Source of the DNA: Thermodesulfovibrionales bacterium
GTDB taxonomy: Bacteria; Nitrospirota; Thermodesulfovibrionia; Thermodesulfovibrionales; UBA6898
Reading direction: 5' to 3'
DNA: 64,000 nucleotides
Assembly: GCA_044450345.1 (NCBI GenBank)
Contig: JBIOIY010000004.1
Span: 32,001 to 96,000 of the forward strand
Shown: positions 55,991-64,000 of the stretch, one piece after another
Numbering within the stretch: position 1 is the first letter of the stretch
Layout: every line of letters starts with the position of its first letter
Notes under the pieces: model-generated
The model's input: only the letters and a program-made list of their open reading frames with translations
Databases searched by the model: none
Told to the model about the DNA's origin: nothing
Program-made: the position numbers and the translations under genes

Positions 55991-57574
55991 ATGAAAAATG
56001 GAAAAGGAGTAGTGTATCTTGTCGGGGCGGGGCCGGGTGACATCGGCCTGCTGACGGTGAAGGGGCTTAAGTGCCTTCAGAAGGCGGAGGTCGTCATATA
56101 CGATTTCCATCTGAACGCACAGATACTCAACTATATCAGCCACGATGCCGAATTCATATATGCCGGCAAGCGCGGCGGCCACCACACAATGACCCAGGAC
56201 GAGATAAACACGACCATTGTCGCGAAGGCGAAAGAGGGAAAAAACGTCTGCCGTCTCAAGGGCGGCGACCCTTTTGTCTTCGGCAGGGGCGGCGAAGAGG
56301 CCCAGGTCCTTGTGCGGGAGGGAATCAGGTTCGAGGTCGTGCCGGGTGTGAGTTCCTCCATTGCCGCACCCGCGTATGCGGGGATCCCTCTTACCCACAG
56401 GCTTTACTCGTCCTCGTTTGCAGTTATCCCGGGCTACGAAGATACCACAAAAGAGGAGTCCTCCATCGATTGGTCGAAGCTTGCGACAGGGGTGGGCACC
56501 CTCGTTTTTCTCATGGCGGTCAAAAACATTGGGGTGCTTACGCAAAAGCTGATGGAGAACGGCCGGGACCCTGATACGCCTGTTGCCGTGATACGGTGGG
56601 GCACACGGCCGGATCAAAGGACCCTTCAGGGGAGACTGAAAGACATAGCCGATCTCGTTTTCGAAAGGGACATAAAACCACCCGCGGTCATGGTCGTCGG
56701 CGAAGTCGTGAACCTGAGGCAGGAACTGAAATGGTACGAATTGAAGCCGATGTTCGGCCACCGGATACTTGTGACCAGGGAGCATGCGGAGGGGTTCGAG
56801 GACCTGGAGGAACTCGGCGCGGAAGTCGTCCAGTTCTCGACGGTCGAGATCGTCCCTCCTCAGTCCTGGGATGGACTCGACGGCTGCATCGAAGGGATAG
56901 GCTCATACGATTGGGTGATCTTTACGAGTGCCAACGGGGTCAGATATTTCTTCAGCAGGCTTTTTGAGAAAGGTGTCGACATCAGGGATTTGAAAGGCCT
57001 GAAGATCTGCGCGATAGGTACTAAGACCGCCGGTGAGATAAGGAAATTCGGGCTGAAGGTCGACCTGGTCCCCGAGGAATTCAGGGCGGAGGGATTGATA
57101 GAGGCCTTTGTAAAAGAAGTAGGGGCGGGGTCACCCCGCCCCTACGTATTGAAAGGGACCAGGTTCCTTCTTCCCCGTGCAGAGGTCGCGAGGGAGACAT
57201 TTCCGGAAAAGGTCCGTGAACTCGGCGGCGTCATCGATGTGCCTGTGACCTACAGGGCGGTCAAGCCGGAGTATCACGGCAAAAGGATGAGGCGTTTTCT
57301 GAAGGAGGGAAGGATCACCATCGCCACTTTTACGAGCGCTGCCACGTTCAATAACTTCATGGAGATCATGGGGGAGGATTCAGACGAACTCCTCAGGAAT
57401 GTTGCGATAGCCGTCATAGGACCGGTGACTGCAAACGCCGTTAACAAGGCGGGGCTAAAGGTCGGGATAATGCCGGAGGAGGCGACGGTTGAAGCGATGG
57501 TCGAAGAGATAAAGAGATGGGCCGCAGGTAACACCCCTCCCGAAAGTTTTCGGGACGCCCCACTCTTAAGATAA
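55991..57574 (+). CDS. cobA-hemD: Uroporphyrinogen-III C-methyltransferase / synthase fusion
   Basis: VYLVGAGPGD, RLKGGDPFVFGRGGEE; ILVTRE, IFTSANGV, TFTSAAT. Confidence 0.94.
   Translation: MKNGKGVVYLVGAGPGDIGLLTVKGLKCLQKAEVVIYDFHLNAQILNYISHDAEFIYAGKRGGHHTMTQDEINTTIVAKAKEGKNVCRLKGGDPFVFGRGGEEAQVLVREGIRFEVVPGVSSSIAAPAYAGIPLTHRLYSSSFAVIPGYEDTTKEESSIDWSKLATGVGTLVFLMAVKNIGVLTQKLMENGRDPDTPVAVIRWGTRPDQRTLQGRLKDIADLVFERDIKPPAVMVVGEVVNLRQELKWYELKPMFGHRILVTREHAEGFEDLEELGAEVVQFSTVEIVPPQSWDGLDGCIEGIGSYDWVIFTSANGVRYFFSRLFEKGVDIRDLKGLKICAIGTKTAGEIRKFGLKVDLVPEEFRAEGLIEAFVKEVGAGSPRPYVLKGTRFLLPRAEVARETFPEKVRELGGVIDVPVTYRAVKPEYHGKRMRRFLKEGRITIATFTSAATFNNFMEIMGEDSDELLRNVAIAVIGPVTANAVNKAGLKVGIMPEEATVEAMVEEIKRWAAGNTPPESFRDAPLLR
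57119..57145. repeat. GTAG-type REP palindrome in-frame within the hemD domain
   Basis: GTAGGGGCGGGG-TCA-CCCCGCCCCTAC, 27 nt. Confidence 0.85.
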
Positions 57575-57691
57575 CGCCCCCAGGCTCCCTGCCTGCCGGC
57601 AGGCATGGCGCCTCTCCCCCTCTTTCCGCACTCAGGCGGATTCGCCGAGGTGAAAAGATAAGAGGGGGTAAAAGGGGAGTTATGATTTCCG
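57568..57691. repeat. Family A composite repeat, inverted relative to 29252-29374
   Basis: Near-identical reverse complement; contains the cobA-hemD stop codon. Confidence 0.9.
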
Positions 57692-57746
57692 GGGGGGAAG
57701 GAGGAGGTATGATCGTCCCTCCGCTTTTTTGTAGCATCGTATTCTG

Positions 57747-58529
57747 ATGATTGCAGATAATGACACATATGTGACCGACCCTTACAGACCGCGGTCCCTG
57801 TTCTCGAGGGTCTTTCTCAGTCCTAAATTTATGTTCTACCCTCAGTTCTTCTTTATCATATGGCTGAACGGGAGGAGGGCGGAGAAAGGTCTCTATGGAA
57901 GCAGGGAGTGGGCCGAGAGCAGTCTGGATGTGATGCGCGCTCTTGAGAACGTAGGCGTGCGTATCGAGATCACCGGCATGAACAACATAAAGAGATTCGG
58001 GGGCCCAGCGGTCTTTATCGGCAATCACATGAGCACGCTCGAAACGATGGTGCTGCCGTGCATCATCCAGCCGGTGAAGGAAGCCACCTTTATCGTTAAA
58101 AAGAGCCTTCTGACAATGCCTGTCTTCGGACATGTAATGCGGTCGCGTGACCCTGTTGTCGTCGGCCGTGTGAACCCAAGGGAAGACCTCAAGACGGTCC
58201 TTGAAGAAGGTGTAAAGAGGCTCCAGGCCGGAAGGTCCGTCATCGTATTTCCCCAGAGCACGCGGTCAGTGGTCTTTGACCCGGAGGAATTCAACAGCCT
58301 CGGGATCAAGTTGGCGTCGAGGGCCGGTGTGCCTGTTGTTCCTGTGGCGTTAAAGACCGACGCATGGGGTATCGGGAAACACGTAAAAGAGTTCGGGCCT
58401 GTGGACACCGGGAAAAGAGTCCATTTTGCCTTCGGCGAGCCGATGACGGTAGCGGGCCGGGGAGTCGAAGAACACCAGAAGGTGGTCCGATTTATACAAC
58501 AAAAGCTCGATGAGTGGAGCAAAGAGTAA
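57747..58529 (+). CDS. 1-acyl-sn-glycerol-3-phosphate acyltransferase family protein
   Basis: GNHMSTLE (NHxSxxE), IVFPQSTR. Confidence 0.85.
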   Translation: MIADNDTYVTDPYRPRSLFSRVFLSPKFMFYPQFFFIIWLNGRRAEKGLYGSREWAESSLDVMRALENVGVRIEITGMNNIKRFGGPAVFIGNHMSTLETMVLPCIIQPVKEATFIVKKSLLTMPVFGHVMRSRDPVVVGRVNPREDLKTVLEEGVKRLQAGRSVIVFPQSTRSVVFDPEEFNSLGIKLASRAGVPVVPVALKTDAWGIGKHVKEFGPVDTGKRVHFAFGEPMTVAGRGVEEHQKVVRFIQQKLDEWSKE

Positions 58530-58572
58530 AAAGTGAAAAATGAATGGTGAATAGAAAAAAGCAGAGGGTGCA

Positions 58573-58821
58573 ATGGACATAAGCAACGAAGACATTAAAG
58601 AGGTCCTGGTGGAGATACCCGAAGGCCATCGCCACGTTAGGACAAGGATAGTTCTCCAGGACGGCACGGAGTTCGTCTTTCAGGAGGCAGCGGTGGCAAA
58701 CATCGTGCGCGCCTTTATCACTGTGAAGACACACCCCGAGAAGGCCTCGGTCAGGCTGAAGGGAAGGCGTTCCGAAAAAGGGAAACCAGGCTACGCCGAA
58801 TGGCAGTTGGTCGAGGAGTGA
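58573..58821 (+). CDS. Hypothetical protein, 82 aa
   Basis: GAGGGTG SD; EIPEGHRHVR...QEAAVANIVRAF..VKTHP...GYAEWQL. Confidence 0.7.
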   Translation: MDISNEDIKEVLVEIPEGHRHVRTRIVLQDGTEFVFQEAAVANIVRAFITVKTHPEKASVRLKGRRSEKGKPGYAEWQLVEE

Positions 58822-58876
58822 GACGGCATGCCTTCTGTTTCTCTTATCCCGCACGGCGTGGTACATTAATAGTGCC

Positions 58877-58993
58877 ATGGCTCAGAAGATACTTGGGGTC
58901 GATGACGATATGACCGGTTATTTCATCGAAGAGCCCTTCAGCATAGAGGCGCTCAGGAAAAAGGGTAAAGAAATATTATATGGGCCTTCCTGA
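58877..58993 (+). pseudogene. Internally deleted response-regulator remnant, 38 aa
   Basis: MAQKILGVDDD joined directly to GYFIEEPFSIEALRKKGKEIL. Confidence 0.6.
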
Positions 58994-61106
58994 AATAGAC
59001 ACTTCCTTATTCCTCCTCATTAACAAAAATCTCCGGAACGGACTCTTCGATGTAGTGATGCCCTTTGTCTCGAACAATTCGAAGGTCATCTTCCTGCCCC
59101 TTCTTCTCTGGATAGTCGTCAGAGAGCGGTCCAAGGCATTGTCTTACGTGGTGATATCAGTCCTTGCGGTCGCCTTCGCAGACGCAGGAGGAGGGGTCCT
59201 GAAGAACCTGATCGCAAGGGTCAGACCGTGTAACGCCCTCGAAGGCGTCAATCTTCTCGTGGGGTGCGGAAAATCTTTCTCTATGCCTTCAAACCACGCA
59301 TCGAACGCCTTTGCATTCGCGATGGCCTTTTGGTCCCTGCGCAGGGATGTCGTGACCTCCTTCTTTGTCTTTGTCGCCGCAGTTATCGGCATATCGAGGG
59401 TGTATGTGGGCGTCCACTACCCCTTCGATGTGGTTGCGGGCACAGCGCTCGGCACCGGATGCGCATATGGGGCGAGGAGGCTCTTTCGATGGGCATCCGA
59501 TGTGTACAGACGGAGGGATTACGGCCAGGCCCTCTTTCTGATGGTCATGGCCTTCAGCCTCTTCCGTATTTATTATATCCTCAGCAGCCCCTTTGACCTT
59601 AGCGCCGACGAGGCGCATTACTGGGAATGGGCGAGGCGGCCCGACTGGAGTTATTATTCGAAAGGCCCGATGATCGCGTACCTGATCTATGCGGGGACAG
59701 CGGTCTTCGGCAACACTGTATTCGGCGTAAGGATATTCGCGGTCGTCCTATCTGCCTTGAGCAGCGTCGTGCTTTTCAAACTGGGAAAAAGGCTCTACGG
59801 CGAGAGGACGGGGCTTCTGGCGGCGCTCCTGGTCCAGGTGGTCCCCCTTTATTCGGTATACGGAGTTCTCCTGACGATAGACTCCCCTTTCATCTTTTTC
59901 TGGATACTTTCGCTCTACCTCTTCTGGAAGGCGATCGAAACTAAGCGTGCCGTTGCACCGGCCAGGGTAGACGGTAAAATAGCAGCTCCCCCTTCATCCC
60001 CCCCCTTGTCGGAGCGACCCTTCGCGGAGACCCGCTTCGGGAGAGGAGGGGATGAAGGGGAGGGCGACCGCATTGGCAACTGGATCTTGCTGGGTATTGC
60101 GATCGGCCTCGGACTTCTGACGAAGTATACCATGGCATTTTTTTATCTTTCCGGTTTGCTCTTCTTTGTCTTTCATAAAGACTCCCGGGAGTTCCTTTAC
60201 GGCAAAGGGCCGTATATCTCTCTTTTAGTAAGTCTTATGGTCTTCAGTCCGGTTATCATCTGGAACGCTGCCCACGGCTGGGTTACCCTGAAGCACACTG
60301 CGGGACAGGCCCACCTTGCAGACGGTCTTATGATCTCGCCAAAAGATTTTTTCGAGTTCCTTGGTTCGCAGGCCGGCGTGATCACCCCCCTTCTTTTCGT
60401 GGGTATGTTAGTCGCGCTCTGGAAGATGCGCAAAGACAGGGCGGGCGCGTTTATATTCTGGTTTTCCGTGCCCGTGGTCCTTTTCTTTGTCCTCAAAAGC
60501 TTGCAGGGAAAGGTGCAGGCGAACTGGGCGCTGCCGGGCTATGCGGCGGGGTTCATAGCATTTTCCGCATACTTTGCCGGAGGCGGGATGCCCTCAAAGG
60601 GACGCTCCAAAATACTTCCGGCGCTCGCGGTCCTGCTGGCTTTTACCCTTACCGCATTCGCTTATTTCCCCTCGGTCCTTCATCTCCCCAGGAAGATGGA
60701 CCCGACGATGAGACTACTCGGCTGGAAGGAACTGGGTCAAGAGACGGGCCGGATTTATGAAGGGCTCTCATCACAGGGGCCGGCATTCGTCTTTTCCGAC
60801 AGCTACCAGATGGCCAGCGAACTCGCCTTTTATATGAAGGGCAACCCGACGACCTACTGTATCAATCTCGGCAGGCGCATGGACCAGTACGACCTCTGGC
60901 CGGGCTTCGAAAATTATATAGGCTGCAACGCGCTCCTGGTGATGGATGATGACCGGGAATTTCCCCAGGAGCTGGCAAAGAGCTTCGGGAGGACCGAGAA
61001 AGTGGCGGTCGTCATAACGGTGAGGGGCGACAAGGTAATGAAATTTACGGTGTTCAAGTGTTATGATTTCAAGGGTATTAAATCCAGGCCCCCGGAGACT
61101 TTTTAA
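58980..61106 (+). CDS. PAP2 phosphatase fused to an ArnT/PMT-family (GT-C) glycosyltransferase
   Basis: K..IARVRP, SMPSNHA, SRVYVGVHYPFD; DEAHYWEW...YYSKGP, LLTKY. Confidence 0.9.
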   Translation: MGLPEIDTSLFLLINKNLRNGLFDVVMPFVSNNSKVIFLPLLLWIVVRERSKALSYVVISVLAVAFADAGGGVLKNLIARVRPCNALEGVNLLVGCGKSFSMPSNHASNAFAFAMAFWSLRRDVVTSFFVFVAAVIGISRVYVGVHYPFDVVAGTALGTGCAYGARRLFRWASDVYRRRDYGQALFLMVMAFSLFRIYYILSSPFDLSADEAHYWEWARRPDWSYYSKGPMIAYLIYAGTAVFGNTVFGVRIFAVVLSALSSVVLFKLGKRLYGERTGLLAALLVQVVPLYSVYGVLLTIDSPFIFFWILSLYLFWKAIETKRAVAPARVDGKIAAPPSSPPLSERPFAETRFGRGGDEGEGDRIGNWILLGIAIGLGLLTKYTMAFFYLSGLLFFVFHKDSREFLYGKGPYISLLVSLMVFSPVIIWNAAHGWVTLKHTAGQAHLADGLMISPKDFFEFLGSQAGVITPLLFVGMLVALWKMRKDRAGAFIFWFSVPVVLFFVLKSLQGKVQANWALPGYAAGFIAFSAYFAGGGMPSKGRSKILPALAVLLAFTLTAFAYFPSVLHLPRKMDPTMRLLGWKELGQETGRIYEGLSSQGPAFVFSDSYQMASELAFYMKGNPTTYCINLGRRMDQYDLWPGFENYIGCNALLVMDDDREFPQELAKSFGRTEKVAVVITVRGDKVMKFTVFKCYDFKGIKSRPPETF
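59989..60060. repeat. Palindromic repeat in-frame within the ArnT-like gene
   Basis: 13-bp inverted arms ccccttcatcccc / ggggatgaagggg. Confidence 0.7.
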
Positions 61107-62053
61107 TGATGATATCGCTTGTAATACCTCTATACAACGAAGAAGAGAACGTTCCTGAACTCCACCGAAGGGTGAAGTCGGTGATGGAATCTACGCGTAA
61201 GGAATACGAGATCATTTATGTAGACGACGGCAGCACGGACAGGACCCTCCCCTTGCTTGAGGAGATCCGGGCAGGAGACGGAAACGTGGTGGTCATCAGC
61301 TTCAGAAGGAACTTCGGCCAGACCGCCGCATTCGCCGCGGGGTTCGACTACTCGCGGGGAGACGTTATCGTCACCCTCGACGGCGACCTGCAGAACGACC
61401 CCGGTGACATCCCCCGCCTGGTTGAGGCGCTGAAGGACTGCGATATCGTGAGCGGTTGGAGGAAAAACAGAAAAGACCCGTTCCTGTCTAGGCGGTTTCC
61501 GTCGATCATCGCCAACCGGCTCATAAGCTGGGTGACGGGCGTGAAACTCCATGACTACGGATGTTCCCTGAAGGCATATCGCAGGGAGGTGATAAAGAAC
61601 CTGAACCTCTACGGAGAAATGCACAGATTCATCCCTGCGGTCGCAAGCTGGTACGGCGTGAAGATCGCCGAGGTCGAAACAACCCATCATCCCAGACTGA
61701 GGGGAAAATCAAAGTACGGGATCTCGCGGACCGTAAAGGTGGTCCTCGACCTGATCACGGTGAAGTTCCTGCAGAGTTTTTCGACAAAGCCCCTGCAGTT
61801 CTTCGGCCCCGTGGGCCTGGCGAGCGGCGCGGCGGGGTTTCTGATCTCGCTCTATCTGAGTGCCGGGAAGATATTCTTCGGCAAGGACATAGGGGGCAGG
61901 CCGCTCCTCCTCCTCGGTGTGCTTCTGATCATTGTAGGCATCCAGTTCATCGGTATGGGGCTCCTGGGCGAGATGATGGTCAGGGTGTACCACGAGTCCC
62001 AGAAAAAGCCGATATACGTCATCAGGAAAATCCAGGGTCATGAAGATAAATAA
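61106..62053 (+). CDS. ArnC/GtrB-like polyprenyl-phosphate glycosyltransferase (GT2)
   Basis: VIPLYNEEEN, RNFGQTAA, DGDLQNDP, YGEMHRFIP, two C-terminal TM helices. Confidence 0.92.
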   Translation: MMISLVIPLYNEEENVPELHRRVKSVMESTRKEYEIIYVDDGSTDRTLPLLEEIRAGDGNVVVISFRRNFGQTAAFAAGFDYSRGDVIVTLDGDLQNDPGDIPRLVEALKDCDIVSGWRKNRKDPFLSRRFPSIIANRLISWVTGVKLHDYGCSLKAYRREVIKNLNLYGEMHRFIPAVASWYGVKIAEVETTHHPRLRGKSKYGISRTVKVVLDLITVKFLQSFSTKPLQFFGPVGLASGAAGFLISLYLSAGKIFFGKDIGGRPLLLLGVLLIIVGIQFIGMGLLGEMMVRVYHESQKKPIYVIRKIQGHEDK

Positions 62054-62945
62054 GGCCGCTTTTTTTGCGCTTAAATTATTAGTCAGCGCGTTCTCCCTCT
62101 ATTTAGTTTTCTTAAAGGCCGACATCCACCAGATTATTTCGATGCTGCGGAAAATCGGCCCCGCCGCTTTCCTGCTGGCCTCGCTTCTGTATATGGTGTC
62201 GATATGCGGTGCGACGCTGAGATGGAAACTTCTCCTCCCGGATAAGTTCAGGTTCAGGAGGCTTTTTTCGCTCTATATGATAGGTTCCTTCTTCAGCAGT
62301 TTTCTGCCAGGCGTTATCGGCGGAGACGTTGTGAAGGCATATTACCTGAACAAGGACGCAAAGAAATTGAGCCTCACTCTCGCCTCTGTCTTTATGGACA
62401 GGTATCTGGGGTATGTGAGCCTTATGATCATCGGGATGGCGGCCTATCCTTTTGCCTTGCCGTTCTTCGGAGGATCCGGATACAAATGGACCATGCCCGC
62501 AATATTCATTGCCTTTGTAATCGGCAGTGTACTCTTCTTCGGGCTCAAGCTCGGCAGGAGGTTCAAGACGGTCTCGGAGTTTTATGAATACTTTGTCCTG
62601 CTGAAGGCAAAGAAAGACGTAATTGCAAAGGCGGTAGCGATATCCCTTGGCATACAGACGATGGGTTTTATCGCGGTGGCAGTCCTTGCATCGGCAATGG
62701 GAGAAAAGATACCGGTACTTCTGCTGTTCGTTGTCCTTCCCATTATCATTACGATTACATCGCTCCCCATATCGATATCGGGCCTGGGGGTGAGGGAAGG
62801 TTCTTTTGTCGTATTGCTCGGCCTCATCGGCATCCCACCGGCGGTGGCGACATCTCTTTCCCTTGCCTGGTTTTTTTCCACCTTTGTCGGCGGTGCCCCG
62901 GGGCTGATCGCCTATATAAGACAGCCCGGCAGCCGGATTAAATAG
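62040..62945 (+). CDS. Lysylphosphatidylglycerol-synthase TM domain (flippase-like) protein
   Basis: RW..LL, LPGVIGGD..K, MDR, LPISISGLGVRE. Confidence 0.85.
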   Translation: MKINKAAFFALKLLVSAFSLYLVFLKADIHQIISMLRKIGPAAFLLASLLYMVSICGATLRWKLLLPDKFRFRRLFSLYMIGSFFSSFLPGVIGGDVVKAYYLNKDAKKLSLTLASVFMDRYLGYVSLMIIGMAAYPFALPFFGGSGYKWTMPAIFIAFVIGSVLFFGLKLGRRFKTVSEFYEYFVLLKAKKDVIAKAVAISLGIQTMGFIAVAVLASAMGEKIPVLLLFVVLPIIITITSLPISISGLGVREGSFVVLLGLIGIPPAVATSLSLAWFFSTFVGGAPGLIAYIRQPGSRIK

Positions 62946-62957
62946 GCGGCCGCTCAG

Positions 62958-64000
62958 ATGGACATGCCAGGGGACCTCGAAGACTCAGACAAAAAATATA
63001 TCTGGCACCCCTTTACCCAGATGAAGGAATGGGCGGATGAAAAGCCTGTCATCATCGCCGAAGGGAGGGGCAGTCATCTTATCGGCGTTGACGGCAGGAC
63101 TTATATTGACGGCGTTTCTTCCCTCTGGGTGAACATCCACGGCCACAGGAAAAAAGAGATCGACGGGGCGATCAAGGACCAGATAGACAAGATATCCCAT
63201 TCGACACTCCTCGGGCTGGGCAATGTACCGGCGATTCAACTGGCCGAGAAGCTGGTAAAGGTAATACAGCGGTCTTTCGATGGTAGGGGCGACCCTATGC
63301 GGTCGCCCTCTTGCGGGCAGGCACAGGGGCCTGCCCCTACAAAAGTCTTCTATTCCGACAACGGTTCGACCTCTGTCGAGGTCGCCCTCAAGATGGCGTT
63401 CCAATACTGGAAGCACAAAGGGGTTTCAGGGAGAGACCGTTTCCTTTCGCTCAACAACGCGTATCACGGCGATACGCTCGGAGCAGTGAGCGTCGGGGGC
63501 ATCGACATATTCCACAGCGCCTTCGCTCCTCTTCTTTTCAATACGTACAGGGCGCCCTCTCCCTATTGCTACCGCTGCGAACTCGATATGAAATATCCCG
63601 GCTGCGGCCTCGCATGCCTTTCGAAGATGGAAGATATCCTCTCCGCCCATCACACCGGGATCGCGGCCCTCATCATAGAACCCCTTGTCCAGGCGGCAGG
63701 CGGGATGATCGTTTCGCCCCCCGGGTATCTGAAAGGCGCGAGGGAGCTATGTAAGAAGTATGATGTGCTTTTTATCGCCGACGAGGTCGCCACGGGGTTC
63801 GGGAGGACAGGGAAGATGTTTGCGTGCGAACACGAATCCGTCATCCCCGACCTGATCTGCCTCTCCAAAGGCATCACAGGTGGATATCTCCCCCTGGCGG
63901 TGACTGTAGCATCGGGAGAGATCTATAATGCATTTCTCGGCGAATTCAGCGAACTCAAGACCTTTTTCCACGGCCATTCCTATACAGGCAATCCGCTCGG
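62958..64000 (+). CDS. bioA: Adenosylmethionine-8-amino-7-oxononanoate aminotransferase (runs off the window end)
   Basis: [66 protein letters not shown]. Confidence 0.95.
   Translation, partial: MDMPGDLEDSDKKYIWHPFTQMKEWADEKPVIIAEGRGSHLIGVDGRTYIDGVSSLWVNIHGHRKKEIDGAIKDQIDKISHSTLLGLGNVPAIQLAEKLVKVIQRSFDGRGDPMRSPSCGQAQGPAPTKVFYSDNGSTSVEVALKMAFQYWKHKGVSGRDRFLSLNNAYHGDTLGAVSVGGIDIFHSAFAPLLFNTYRAPSPYCYRCELDMKYPGCGLACLSKMEDILSAHHTGIAALIIEPLVQAAGGMIVSPPGYLKGARELCKKYDVLFIADEVATGFGRTGKMFACEHESVIPDLICLSKGITGGYLPLAVTVASGEIYNAFLGEFSELKTFFHGHSYTGNPL
63283..63340. repeat. GTAG-type REP doublet (REPIN-like) in-frame within bioA
   Basis: GTAG+gggcgacc/ggtcgccc hairpin, spacer, gggcaggc/gcctgccc hairpin+CTAC. 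Confidence 0.88.

Overview
A 64-kb chromosomal window from a moderately GC-rich diderm anaerobe; gene content suggests Nitrospirota (Thermodesulfovibrionia-like), which is inference only. Left end: an operon of cell-wall amidase, a MamK-like actin and a pseudo-receiver/TM/SPOR protein, with no other magnetosome genes. A surface-glycan cluster follows (wbaP, multidomain glycosyltransferases, methyltransferases, radical SAM, algI/algJ-like O-acetylation). The middle carries housekeeping and envelope genes (hisA/hisF, rlmN, OmpA pair, Ig and FG-GAP lipoproteins, copA, larC, tRNA nucleotidyltransferase, diguanylate cyclase). tRNA-Sec has a 3.4-kb integrase-less islet inserted at its 3' end. The right end has a PilZ-methyltransferase/histidine kinase pair behind a c-di-GMP-I-like riboswitch, then cobA-hemD, a lipid-glycosylation operon and a partial bioA. 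Items the ORF track misses: a UxxC selenoglutaredoxin coupled to copA, the riboswitch, an amber-interrupted toxin, two small ORFs, and palindromic repeat families that nest in each other and sit in-frame inside three genes. All calls are from reading motifs by eye; no searches were run.
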